From Anaerolineae bacterium (lineage in GTDB: Bacteria > Chloroflexota > Anaerolineae > DRVO01): a stretch of 64,000 nucleotides of DNA. Both the position numbers and the translations under genes were made by a program. Below are positions 1-8,320 of the stretch, piece by piece. The DNA lies in NCBI GenBank assembly GCA_050945695.1, contig JBMNTK010000002.1, positions 3,395 to 67,394 on the forward strand, given 5' to 3'. Every line of letters begins with the position of its first letter. The first letter of the stretch is position 1. The notes beneath the pieces were generated by a model, which ran no database searches, was not told the origin of the DNA, and saw only the letters and a program-made list of their open reading frames with translations.

Positions 1-43
1 GAGATCGCCCTCGCTCCTTCATCCCTGCCTACTAACCTACAGC

Positions 44-685
44 CTAAGGAGAGATCCTGCCAGCTCGGGAGACTTCGAACACGCAGTGGTGGGCACCGCT
101 GTGGCAGCAGGCGATGGGTCGCACCCGCAGGCTCCGGCCTGAGACCATCTCTAGGGCGCCTCGCAAAGCTCCCACTGCCACCTCGCAGGCATGGCGGGAG
201 CCATCGGCCGCCCAACAGGCAGGCTGGCGCACGCTGACGAGGAGCATATCTCCGCTGTCCTGGAGCAATACCAGACGGCGATCTCGGACCGCGGTGCTCT
301 TGGCGAAGGCATCGAGGGCGATACCTAGGAGCTGCTTGCCGGTGATGCGACCGCCCTGCTCGGCCAGGCCTACGGCGTGCACCACCCCTCGGCGCACGTT
401 GGCCTTGCCCAGCTCCCGCAGGACGGCCACTGCACCCCGCTCGTCATAGTAGTCCCGAAGGCCCTGGATGAGAGCCAGGTAATCGGAACTCTTGATCTCA
501 GGCTGCATGTTGTTGGGGGGCAGACCCCGGAAGTAGTGCTCCACTCCCGCCAGATTCAGGATGCCACGCAACGCCTCCCTGCCGAGTTGACGCTCCAGGA
601 ACTGGAGCATGTCCCTCATTACGGAGTTGGGCAGGTAGGTGTCCCCTGGCTCCTTGGTTTCCACCGCACTGACGTAGCCGATCAA
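44..685 (-). CDS. Hypothetical protein, possibly V4R-type (Cys-containing C-terminal domain)
   Basis: 213-aa ORF. C-terminal region has paired Cys/His (ACW..HACE..ACCHSGAHHC) resembling V4R hydrocarbon-binding domains. No better-supported overlapping frame. Confidence 0.4.
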   Translation of the reverse strand: MIGYVSAVETKEPGDTYLPNSVMRDMLQFLERQLGREALRGILNLAGVEHYFRGLPPNNMQPEIKSSDYLALIQGLRDYYDERGAVAVLRELGKANVRRGVVHAVGLAEQGGRITGKQLLGIALDAFAKSTAVRDRRLVLLQDSGDMLLVSVRQPACWAADGSRHACEVAVGALRGALEMVSGRSLRVRPIACCHSGAHHCVFEVSRAGRISP

Positions 686-730
686 GGCTTGCTGCCTCAG
701 TTCATGGCGGGAGTGGCATACTCGCCCGCC

Positions 731-1120
731 CTAGTCAGGGGCGTGAACGTAGACCACTTTCACCGGTTCGGGCCCTGTGCGCCGGGTGGCATGGGGAACG
801 CCCTTTCCCACGTAGACCGCCCGCCCAGGGAAGATCTCGTATTCCTCGTCACCGACGCGGATGATGCCCCGCCCCGATACGCAGTAGACCGCTTCCTGGT
901 CGCCGTGTCTCTGCAACTCGCCGTACTCGGTGGAGGTGTATTCCGCCACGCCCAGCGACAGACCGGCATGCGCCGGCGTGTCACCCGGGCGAATCAGGTC
1001 GGTTGAGCGGCGGTCGGGATGCTGCTGCCAGGTGAGCTCATTTTCGTCCACGACTATCTTCACGTCAACACCTCCATGGAGATGGAATGCTGACCCGACG
1101 TCCGTCCGGGCAGTGTCCAC
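731..1120 (-). CDS. Cupin domain protein
   Basis: 129 aa with a cupin beta-barrel signature (G..H.H...E..Y.L.G, 'EEYEIFPGRAVYVGKGVPHA'). Confidence 0.65.
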   Translation of the reverse strand: MDTARTDVGSAFHLHGGVDVKIVVDENELTWQQHPDRRSTDLIRPGDTPAHAGLSLGVAEYTSTEYGELQRHGDQEAVYCVSGRGIIRVGDEEYEIFPGRAVYVGKGVPHATRRTGPEPVKVVYVHAPD

Positions 1121-1137
1121 GTAGCTGTGTCCCCGTT

Positions 1138-1746
1138 CTAGCCTCTGCGGGTGAGCAGGAATATGCCATTCTTGTACCGGGGGACGTGGAAGCCGCGCCG
1201 CGGGTCCCAGCCCGGCAGCTCCTGGGCCATCAGTTCGAGCCAGGCCTGAGCGCAGAGTTTGGTCCGGTGCGTGGGGTCCCGGTGAATGACGGTGCAGTCC
1301 TCAAGCACGGTGATCTCGTGATAGAGCCCCCGCCGGGCCACGCGGGCGCACTCACGCAGGGCCTGCCCTACGTCCTTGGGCTCCAGGTGCTCCATGACGT
1401 TCACGCTCACCACCGCGTCGAAGGCACCGTCGGGGAAGGGCAGGTCCACCAGGCTACCCTGCACGAAGCTGCGTCGCACCGGGTCAGGTGCCTGGGTGAT
1501 GGCGTAGCGGCTGATCTCTAGGCCTCGAGCCGCTTTTCCCCAGGACTGCAGGCGCTCCACCAGCAGCCCCATTCCCCCACCCACGTCCAGCACGGAGGCG
1601 GGTCGGATCTGCCACAGGATGTAGGCGGCCCGCCAGAGCGCGGCCAGGTGGAACTCCAGGCGCTCACGGTAGTTGTTGTTATTGGCGCGGTAATAGGACT
1701 CGTCGTACTCGGAGCCCAAGCCGACGTCGTGAGAAGCCAAGGCCAT
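1138..1746 (-). CDS. Class I SAM-dependent methyltransferase
   Basis: SAM-binding motif I 'VLDVGGGMGLL' and post-I acidic residue. Start chosen at Met26 (MALASHD), which overlaps the upstream gene stop as ATGA. Confidence 0.8.
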   Translation of the reverse strand: MALASHDVGLGSEYDESYYRANNNNYRERLEFHLAALWRAAYILWQIRPASVLDVGGGMGLLVERLQSWGKAARGLEISRYAITQAPDPVRRSFVQGSLVDLPFPDGAFDAVVSVNVMEHLEPKDVGQALRECARVARRGLYHEITVLEDCTVIHRDPTHRTKLCAQAWLELMAQELPGWDPRRGFHVPRYKNGIFLLTRRG

Positions 1747-2258
1747 CAGCCGGCCTCCACCACGATGCCTGGCGGGCAGACGTGGGGCGCCTCGCTCAGA
1801 GGGAACCCACAAACGGGGCACCGGGACCGCGCTTGCGACCGGGCGGCTTCTACCTGCTCGGCCAGGGCCAGCATCTGCTCGGGTGTGGCCCAGACCTGTA
1901 CCTCGTAGGGCATGCCCTCTGTCTCGCCCTCAGCCCGGATGTACATGAGCCGTCGGCAGGGGTCGCGACCGGCCTCCAGATGGACCACGGTAGCTTCGAG
2001 GTCAGTGGGGAGGCGCAGAATGGGGTCGTCGGGCGCCAGGGGCTTGGCACGGCCCAAGGCGAAGCGGCTGCCGGAGAACGATTCGGCCACGGCCAACAGG
2101 TCCCGCCGGAGCTGCTCGGCCTGGGCGTCTTGCAGCCGCAGCTCGACCGAGGCGGCTTCGCTGCGCGCCCGCAGGGAGAAGAGCCACTCGCCTGGGTGGT
2201 AGGTAATGCCGAATGCCACAGCCAGGGCCGGCTGCAGCCGGTATATGTACCGTGGCAT
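1746..2258 (-). CDS. DUF3090-like protein with C-terminal CPxCG...HxCP pair
   Basis: N-terminal ..HPGEWLFSLRAR and C-terminal CPVCGFPLSEAPHVCP fit DUF3090 as recalled. Internal ATG at 2258 is preceded by GGGAGGTG; the longer ORF begins at a TTG. Confidence 0.5.
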   Translation of the reverse strand: MPRYIYRLQPALAVAFGITYHPGEWLFSLRARSEAASVELRLQDAQAEQLRRDLLAVAESFSGSRFALGRAKPLAPDDPILRLPTDLEATVVHLEAGRDPCRRLMYIRAEGETEGMPYEVQVWATPEQMLALAEQVEAARSQARSRCPVCGFPLSEAPHVCPPGIVVEAG

Positions 2259-2362
2259 CGCACCTCCCAAGGCAAATGTGATCCCTATGCTAACATCCCC
2301 CGTCCGGTCAGACAACGCGGGTAGGGAACGCTGATCGCGGGTGAGCTAGCACCCGGAGCGTT

Positions 2363-3106
2363 CTAGACGTAGCTCTCAGGCACCAGCAGCTGGTCCAGCC
2401 GTGCCATGGCCGCTTCCAGGTGCCGGCGGCCCTCCCGCAGGGCGGGCATGGTGTGGCCAGGCAGGAACACCTCCACGTCCAAAGCGGCCAGGCGCCGGAC
2501 CGTGTCCAGGTGCGCCTGGAGGTCGCAGTCGGGAATGTTCTGCAGCAGGATGCGCCCCCCGGCGAAGACGTTATCACCGCCAAAGAGGTGTAGCTTGCCC
2601 TCGTGCCGGAAGGTGAAAGCGCAGTGGCCGGCGCAGTGACCAGGCGTCTCCAGCATGTGGAAGGTGATGTCTCCTACGGTCAGTGCCTCACCGTCGCTGA
2701 GGACGTGCTCCACCGGGCAAGCACGGAACACGTAGTCCGGCTCATACAGGCCGGCCTGCTTGGCGGCACCCAGGCTGATCATGTCCTCGTCCCCATTGCG
2801 CAGGGCCTGAGCTGTGTGGGCCGTGGTGACAACGGCGACGTCATGGCGGTCCCGGAGGTAAGCGGCCCCGCCGCTGTGGTCAGCGTGTTTGTGGGTAATC
2901 AGCAGATGGGTCAGTCGCTTGGGATCTAGCCCGTCAGCCCGTAGGTTGTCCAGGATGAGGTCGGTGCCTTCCTCGCCCACTCCGGCGTCCACCAGGACGA
3001 TGGGGCCGTTGCAGTCCACCGCGTAGACGGTGCAGTCACGTGGGTGGGATAGAAAGAAGCCGTTGGCGCCACTGCCCACCAGGTATACCCGATCGGTCAA
3101 GCGCAT
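2363..3106 (-). CDS. MBL-fold metallo-hydrolase
   Basis: HxHxDH motif 'ITHKHADHSGG'. ATG at 3104-3106 preceded by GGAGGCTCCC. Confidence 0.8.
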   Translation of the reverse strand: MRLTDRVYLVGSGANGFFLSHPRDCTVYAVDCNGPIVLVDAGVGEEGTDLILDNLRADGLDPKRLTHLLITHKHADHSGGAAYLRDRHDVAVVTTAHTAQALRNGDEDMISLGAAKQAGLYEPDYVFRACPVEHVLSDGEALTVGDITFHMLETPGHCAGHCAFTFRHEGKLHLFGGDNVFAGGRILLQNIPDCDLQAHLDTVRRLAALDVEVFLPGHTMPALREGRRHLEAAMARLDQLLVPESYV

Positions 3107-3170
3107 GGGAGCCTCCCCCGTGAATGGTGTGTGGGCATTATACAGAGGGGTCACCGCCGGAGGGGAGGCT

Positions 3171-3226
3171 TCACGCGAAGACGCCAAGCCGCTTGTCCTC
3201 CCGCCCTTGGCGTCTTCGCGTGAGCA
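3171..3226. repeat. REP-like hairpin (17-bp perfect inverted repeat cacgcgaagacgccaag / cttggcgtcttcgcgtg)
   Basis: Read directly. A second diverged copy lies at 3297-3370. Confidence 0.7.
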
Positions 3227-3296
3227 AACCCGCGTCCACGCGCGCCGGTAGGGGCGGACGACCCTGTCCGCCCTCCGGGTGTGCCCTCCTCGGCCG

Positions 3297-3370
3297 GAGC
3301 CTCACGCAAAGACGCGAAGACGCCAAGCCGCTTGTCCTTCTGCCCTCTGCGCCTTAGCGTCTTCGCGTGA
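3297..3370. repeat. Second copy of the REP-like hairpin element
   Basis: Shares cacgcgaagacgccaagccgcttgtcc with 3171-3226. Right arm is cttagcgtcttcgcgtg. Confidence 0.6.
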
Positions 3371-3530
3371 ACCCTCCCTTCTGGGACGACTTGGCGCCTC
3401 TAAGTATTCACGGTACAATAACGTCTACTGGTGCCTCGTTGCTGACTTCCAGGCGTGCCTGGTCGCCCTACCAGTACGGTCGACTCCGTCAGCCAGCCTC
3501 GCGCACAGAGCTCCATCCCGAGGGAATAGT

Positions 3531-4934
3531 GTGACGTCCGAAGCAGACGCAATCGCCCCAGCCCGGCCGGCACGCTCTGGCCGGTCCATTACCATTCCAC
3601 AGGACGATAAGTCCGTTGCCTCGGCGGTCAGGAAGCTGGCCTGGCCGATCATCCTGGAGAACCTCTTCCAGACCGCGCTGGGCACCACTAACATGGTGAT
3701 GGTGGCCCAGCTGGGAGCGGCCTCGGTGGCTGGCATCGGCACCGCCACCCAGCTGCTCATGATCCTGCAAGCGGGCTTTGGGGCGATCACTACCGGTACC
3801 ACTGTCCTCGTGGCCCGCGCTGTGGGTGCTGGGGACTCGCGCATGGCCAGCCGGGTGGCCAAGCAGTCGGTCTGCCTGGGGGCTCTGGTCTCGGTCTTCA
3901 TCGCCGTAGCCGGCAACTGGGGTTCCCATTGGGCTATATTGGCCCTGGGTACTGAACCCGAGGTAGCAGTGCTGGGCGGTGCCTACTTGCGGGTGGTCAC
4001 GGCCGCGGCGCTGGTGATGGTGACCATGTTCGTCGCCGGGGCTGCCCTGCGGGGCGCGGGGGACACGCGCACCCCGATGAAGGTGACCGGCCTCATCAAC
4101 CTGATCAACGTGGCCGTATCCTATGTCCTCATCTTCGGCCACTTTGGCTTCCCCGCCCTGGGCGTGGTGGGCTCCGCTTGGGGGGCGACGGTAGCCCGTA
4201 CGGTGGGGTCCATCATCCTGCTGGCCGTGCTCATCCGTGGCCGAGGCCCGGTGAGCATCCGGGGCCGGGAAGATTGGCGGCCGGACCTCCAGCTTGCCAC
4301 TCGGCTGTGGCGTCTGGGGTTCCCCACCATGGTTGAGCAGTTCCTGCTGCGCGGTGGTGCCCTGGCCTATGCCACCATCGCCATCAGCCTGGGCACAGTG
4401 GTCTATGCTACCCAGCGCATCACCTTCCAGGTGATCTCGTTCTCCTTCATGCCCGGCATGGGGTTTGCCCAGGCCGCCACCACCATGGTGGGCCAGTGCC
4501 TGGGCGCGGGCCGGGCCGATATGGCGGAGCGCTCCTCGTGGTATGCCGTGCGTCTGGCCGTGACCATCATGGTGATCGCTGGGATCACGGAGGCAGTGAT
4601 GGGCCGCCAGATCATGACCCTGTTCACCGACGACCCTGACATGATCCGGCTCGGCGCTCAGGCGCTCATGGTTATCGCCCTATCGGAGCCCTTCCAGGGG
4701 GTGGGGCAGGTGCTGGCGGGCAGCCTGCGGGGCGCCGGTGACACCCGGTTTCCCATGCTCGCCACCTTCACCGGCATTTGGCTCATCCGCCTGCCACTGG
4801 GCTATCTCTTCGGGGTGGTACTGGGCTGGGGCCTGCCCGGCATCTACATCTCCAACGTGCTGGACGCTGCCGGCCGGGCCACCGTGAATTACCTCCGGTA
4901 TCGCACCGGCCGCTGGCGCACCATCAAGGTCTGA
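3531..4934 (+). CDS. MATE family efflux transporter
   Basis: N-terminal 'AWPIILENLFQTALGTTNMVMVAQLG' and 12-TM organisation typical of MATE/NorM. Long ORF has no upstream ATG. In-frame GTG at ~3531 gives 467 aa. Confidence 0.75.
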   Translation: MTSEADAIAPARPARSGRSITIPQDDKSVASAVRKLAWPIILENLFQTALGTTNMVMVAQLGAASVAGIGTATQLLMILQAGFGAITTGTTVLVARAVGAGDSRMASRVAKQSVCLGALVSVFIAVAGNWGSHWAILALGTEPEVAVLGGAYLRVVTAAALVMVTMFVAGAALRGAGDTRTPMKVTGLINLINVAVSYVLIFGHFGFPALGVVGSAWGATVARTVGSIILLAVLIRGRGPVSIRGREDWRPDLQLATRLWRLGFPTMVEQFLLRGGALAYATIAISLGTVVYATQRITFQVISFSFMPGMGFAQAATTMVGQCLGAGRADMAERSSWYAVRLAVTIMVIAGITEAVMGRQIMTLFTDDPDMIRLGAQALMVIALSEPFQGVGQVLAGSLRGAGDTRFPMLATFTGIWLIRLPLGYLFGVVLGWGLPGIYISNVLDAAGRATVNYLRYRTGRWRTIKV

Positions 4935-4955
4935 TCATCCTGACCGCTGCCACAG

Positions 4956-5414
4956 GTGCTACCTGATATGAGCTGTTGTCACTACACCGTTGCCGTAGAG
5001 GGGGCTGTCTCCCACCGGGGCCGCTACCTGTTCATCGTGCGCTCCCCGAGTGACCCCCATCGCCCTGGCATCCTGACCCTGCCTGGGGGCACGGTGGAGA
5101 TCGAGCCGGAGAGTGAGTCCATCCTGGAGCGCAGCGTCCACCGGGAAGTGCGCGAGGAGACCGGGGTGGAGATTGAAGACCAGGTTCATTACGTCCAGAG
5201 CAAGACCTTCACCCTAGAGGATGGGCGGCTGATACTGGATGCCGTCTTCCTCTGCCGCTACCGGGCCGGCGAGGCCCGGCCCGACAACCAGGAGACGGTG
5301 GAGGTAGCGTGGCTGTCCCCGGAGGAGCTAGCCCAGCGGCCCGGCGTTTCCGACTGGCTCCTCCGCAGCGTGGCCCTGGCGGAGGCCAAGCGGCGGTCGC
5401 TGGGTTGGGAGTGA
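4956..5414 (+). CDS. NUDIX hydrolase
   Basis: Nudix box 'GGTVEIEPESESILERSVHREVREETGVEI' (GX5EX7REUXEEXGU). Confidence 0.8.
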   Translation: MLPDMSCCHYTVAVEGAVSHRGRYLFIVRSPSDPHRPGILTLPGGTVEIEPESESILERSVHREVREETGVEIEDQVHYVQSKTFTLEDGRLILDAVFLCRYRAGEARPDNQETVEVAWLSPEELAQRPGVSDWLLRSVALAEAKRRSLGWE

Positions 5415-5436
5415 CTGGTTCCCCGCCGGCCGAGGG

Positions 5437-5477
5437 GCGGTCCCACGCCATCGGGTAGAACCGGATGGCGTGGGACG
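5437..5477. terminator. Bidirectional terminator-like hairpin between convergent genes
   Basis: 11-bp stem cccacgccatc / gatggcgtggg with an 11-nt loop, between the NUDIX gene (+) and the DUF2892 gene (-). Confidence 0.45.
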
Positions 5478-5490
5478 GAGATGACCTATC

Positions 5491-5706
5491 TCAACTGCGG
5501 CGCTTGCTCCAGGAGGCCTTCTTCGGGGTCTCTGCCGTGCTCCACCCCAGGACCCGGTACAGCGGGCAGTACCCTATGGCACAGGTGATGATTGGTACCA
5601 GGCCGATCAGCCCCCACCAGGTCTGAGCTATCAGTCCTAGCACGAGCATAGCCGCGCCGACAGCCATGCGAACGTAACGATCAGTCTTACTCAAGTTGCT
5701 CTTCAT
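5491..5706 (-). CDS. DUF2892 (YgaP-like) small membrane protein
   Basis: 71 aa with two TM segments and a 'GYCPLY' motif. Strong RBS (AGGAGGCATCGGC-ATG). Confidence 0.6.
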   Translation of the reverse strand: MKSNLSKTDRYVRMAVGAAMLVLGLIAQTWWGLIGLVPIITCAIGYCPLYRVLGWSTAETPKKASWSKRRS

Positions 5707-5803
5707 GCCGATGCCTCCTGACCGACTCGGGCATCGCCCGACGCATTCAGTATAGCGGGCCGGCCGCCGGCATCAATGGGAGGGAACAGTCCCGCTTCCC
5801 CCT

Positions 5804-6883
5804 TTAGGCGCGATCAGCTCGCCCGTCCCACCAGTAAGTGCGGAAGTCCTCCAGGGCGCTGCAGACGGCATCCACGTTCTCGGGCGGCGTGGGCGGGTAG
5901 ATCCCGCAGATGAACTCCAGCCCGCCCGCAGGTGAGCCCAGCTTGCGCACCTCTTCCTCGATCAGCTCGTAGATCTCCTGCCGGGTGCCCCAGGGCACCA
6001 CCGTCTGGCGGTCTATGTCCAGCCGGATGCACATGCGTCCCTTGACCTCACGGGCCAGGTTGTCTATCCCGTTGAGCAGGTCCTGGGGGTTGATGATGTC
6101 CACCCCTGCCTTGGCGAACTCGTCCATGAACTCCATGATGTGCCCATCGCTGTGGAGAGCGACCAGCGCTCCTGCCTCATGGATGGCGTCAATGAGGGTC
6201 TTGTAGGCCGGGGTGACGTAGCGGCCGAACTTGGCCGGGCTGATGAGGGTGGCTTTCTGGGTGCCCAGGTCGTCGCCGAAGTGCATCACATCCACGCCCA
6301 GCTCCAGCCACTGGCGCAGGTAGCGCATGTTCTGCTCCAGGAGGATGTCGATCAGCCGCTGCAGCCTGGGGTCGTCGGTGGCCACGTCCATCATGAAGTT
6401 CTCGAAGCCGCGCAGGTAGTAGAGCCGCATGAAGAGGAAGCCGTGGGGCAAGCTGCCGGCGGCCACCCTTCCTGCTGCTCGAGCCTCCTCGAGCTGCCGC
6501 CGGGCGCCTTCCCAGTCTGCCGGGCCCCGGTCCCACTGAACCAGAGGATCGGGGGGCACGAACGTCTCCAGTGCCTCCCAGTCGGCTAGGGGCGCGTTGA
6601 CGACCACGCCCTCCAGGCCGTCTACCTCGGAATGCCAGATGCAGCCCCAGGCGTCGGTGAAGTACTCACTTGCTCGGTGAGCAGGGCCAAAGTCGTAGGT
6701 CGAGTAGTCAATCTGTCCGGGCACGAAGTTGGGGAAGAGGGTGGGGTGGCGGACCAGCACTTCTTCCAGCTCACGGCCCAGCTGGGCCCGGGAAGCACCG
6801 GAGATGGACACCACTGCCGGGATCCAATCTGGCCCTTGGAAGCGAGCATTGCGCAGGTAGTTTTCGCGTTCGGTGAGTGCCAC
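5804..6883 (-). CDS. Uroporphyrinogen decarboxylase (URO-D/MtaA) family protein, paralog 1
   Basis: N-terminal 'LTERENYLRNARFQGPDWIP' plus a TIM-barrel-length body typical of PF01208. GTG start at 6883 follows AAGGAGAG. Confidence 0.7.
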   Translation of the reverse strand: MALTERENYLRNARFQGPDWIPAVVSISGASRAQLGRELEEVLVRHPTLFPNFVPGQIDYSTYDFGPAHRASEYFTDAWGCIWHSEVDGLEGVVVNAPLADWEALETFVPPDPLVQWDRGPADWEGARRQLEEARAAGRVAAGSLPHGFLFMRLYYLRGFENFMMDVATDDPRLQRLIDILLEQNMRYLRQWLELGVDVMHFGDDLGTQKATLISPAKFGRYVTPAYKTLIDAIHEAGALVALHSDGHIMEFMDEFAKAGVDIINPQDLLNGIDNLAREVKGRMCIRLDIDRQTVVPWGTRQEIYELIEEEVRKLGSPAGGLEFICGIYPPTPPENVDAVCSALEDFRTYWWDGRADRA

Positions 6884-7021
6884 GTCACTCTCCTTATGTG
6901 CTTGCGGGGGTTGGGACCGATTGTCGCCGGCACTGCCGGGCCTGTCCAACCCGGCCTGATCGGTTCGCCAATGGCGCCCCCTGTGCTGTACTCTCAGGGA
7001 CAACCCATTCCAGGATGCTCT

Positions 7022-8290
7022 ATGGCGGACACGGGTACCCAGAAGCGGATCGTGTGGACACTGGCGGCCTGCACTGCGCTGGCGCTCTTCGGGGATACCA
7101 CCCTGTATGCGGTGCTGCCGGCGGAGTACGGCCTCCTGGCCATCAGCGCCGCGCAGGTGGGCTGGCTACTGAGCGTCAACCGCTTGGTCCGCATCCCGCT
7201 GAACTTGATGAGCGGCTGGCTGGCCGATCGGCTGGGGTGCCGGGCCCCGTATATCATCGGCATCGCTGTGGGTGCCCTGTCCACCGCTGCCTACGGCCTT
7301 CTGAGGGGCTTCTGGCCCCTGCTGATCTCCCGGGCGCTGTGGGGACTGGCTTGGTCCCTGCTGACGGTGGCCGCCTATGGGCTGATCCTGGACACCAGCC
7401 CCTCAGACAACCGGGGCCGAAACACCAGCATCTATGACTCCTACTCCTACTTCGGGGGATCCGTGGGCATGCTCCTGGGCGGCTTTTTGGTGGATTGGCT
7501 GAAGCTGCCCCGGGCGATGCTGGTGCTGAGCCTCTTCAGCGCCACCGGTGTCGTGATGGCGCTCACCCTGCCCCGCGTTCCATCACCTTCGGGACGGCCG
7601 GACAGGGCGCCCCGGGAGCGTCTCTCCCTCCGCACGGCCCTGAGAGCGACATGGCAGGGGATGGTCGGGGCCGACCTGCGCTTCTGGGTCATCGCCGCCC
7701 TCAACTTCGCCCATCGCTTTTTCTTTGCCGGCGTGTTCTACTCCACCTTCGGGTTCTACCTGCGTCAGGTGACAGGCGACGAGGCTCACCTGGGGGCATG
7801 GGTCATCGGGGTTGCCTCGCTTACCAGCCTGCTGCTGTTTGCCCGCAACGTCACCACTATCATCACCTCTCCGGCCCTGGGGCACTTGAGCGACCGTCTG
7901 GGCGACCGTGGTCACGTGCTGATCCTGGGTGAGGTGCTGGGGGTGGCCGGCCTGGCCGCCTTCGCGGGCAGCACCTCGCCCGCGTTGATCGGCGCCGGCG
8001 TGTTGCTGGCGGCTGTGGCCTATGGGGTGGTACCCCCAATGCTCGTGGCCTGGCTGGGAGACCTCACGAGCGCTGGGTCGCGGGGACGACACGTGGGCGG
8101 TTACCAGACCGCGGGCGACCTGGGGTCGGGCCTGGGGCCGCTGGTGGCCTATGCCCTGCTTCCAATGATGGGCATTCAGTGGGTGTACGGGCTGAGCGCG
8201 GCCTTCCTGGCCCTGACGGTCCCGCTCATCCTGTGGGCCCGGGCGAGGGCCCCCCGGAAGGGCAAGGCCCTGGCCTCAGAGCCGGCCTGA
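7022..8290 (+). CDS. MFS transporter
   Basis: 12-TM profile and a G-x-L-x-D-R-x-G-R-R-type loop ('SGWLADRLGCR'). ATG at 7022. Divergent from URO-D paralog 1. Confidence 0.75.
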   Translation: MADTGTQKRIVWTLAACTALALFGDTTLYAVLPAEYGLLAISAAQVGWLLSVNRLVRIPLNLMSGWLADRLGCRAPYIIGIAVGALSTAAYGLLRGFWPLLISRALWGLAWSLLTVAAYGLILDTSPSDNRGRNTSIYDSYSYFGGSVGMLLGGFLVDWLKLPRAMLVLSLFSATGVVMALTLPRVPSPSGRPDRAPRERLSLRTALRATWQGMVGADLRFWVIAALNFAHRFFFAGVFYSTFGFYLRQVTGDEAHLGAWVIGVASLTSLLLFARNVTTIITSPALGHLSDRLGDRGHVLILGEVLGVAGLAAFAGSTSPALIGAGVLLAAVAYGVVPPMLVAWLGDLTSAGSRGRHVGGYQTAGDLGSGLGPLVAYALLPMMGIQWVYGLSAAFLALTVPLILWARARAPRKGKALASEPA

Positions 8291-8320
8291 GGAGCCAGGG
8301 CCCTCCCCGGGGTGTCCGGG

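Noticed and set aside
7495-8092. ORFs 7495-7932 (+) and 7583-8092 (-) within the MFS gene
   Set aside because: Overlap the MFS transporter CDS. The translations are Arg/Gly/Pro-rich with no hydrophobic periodicity.
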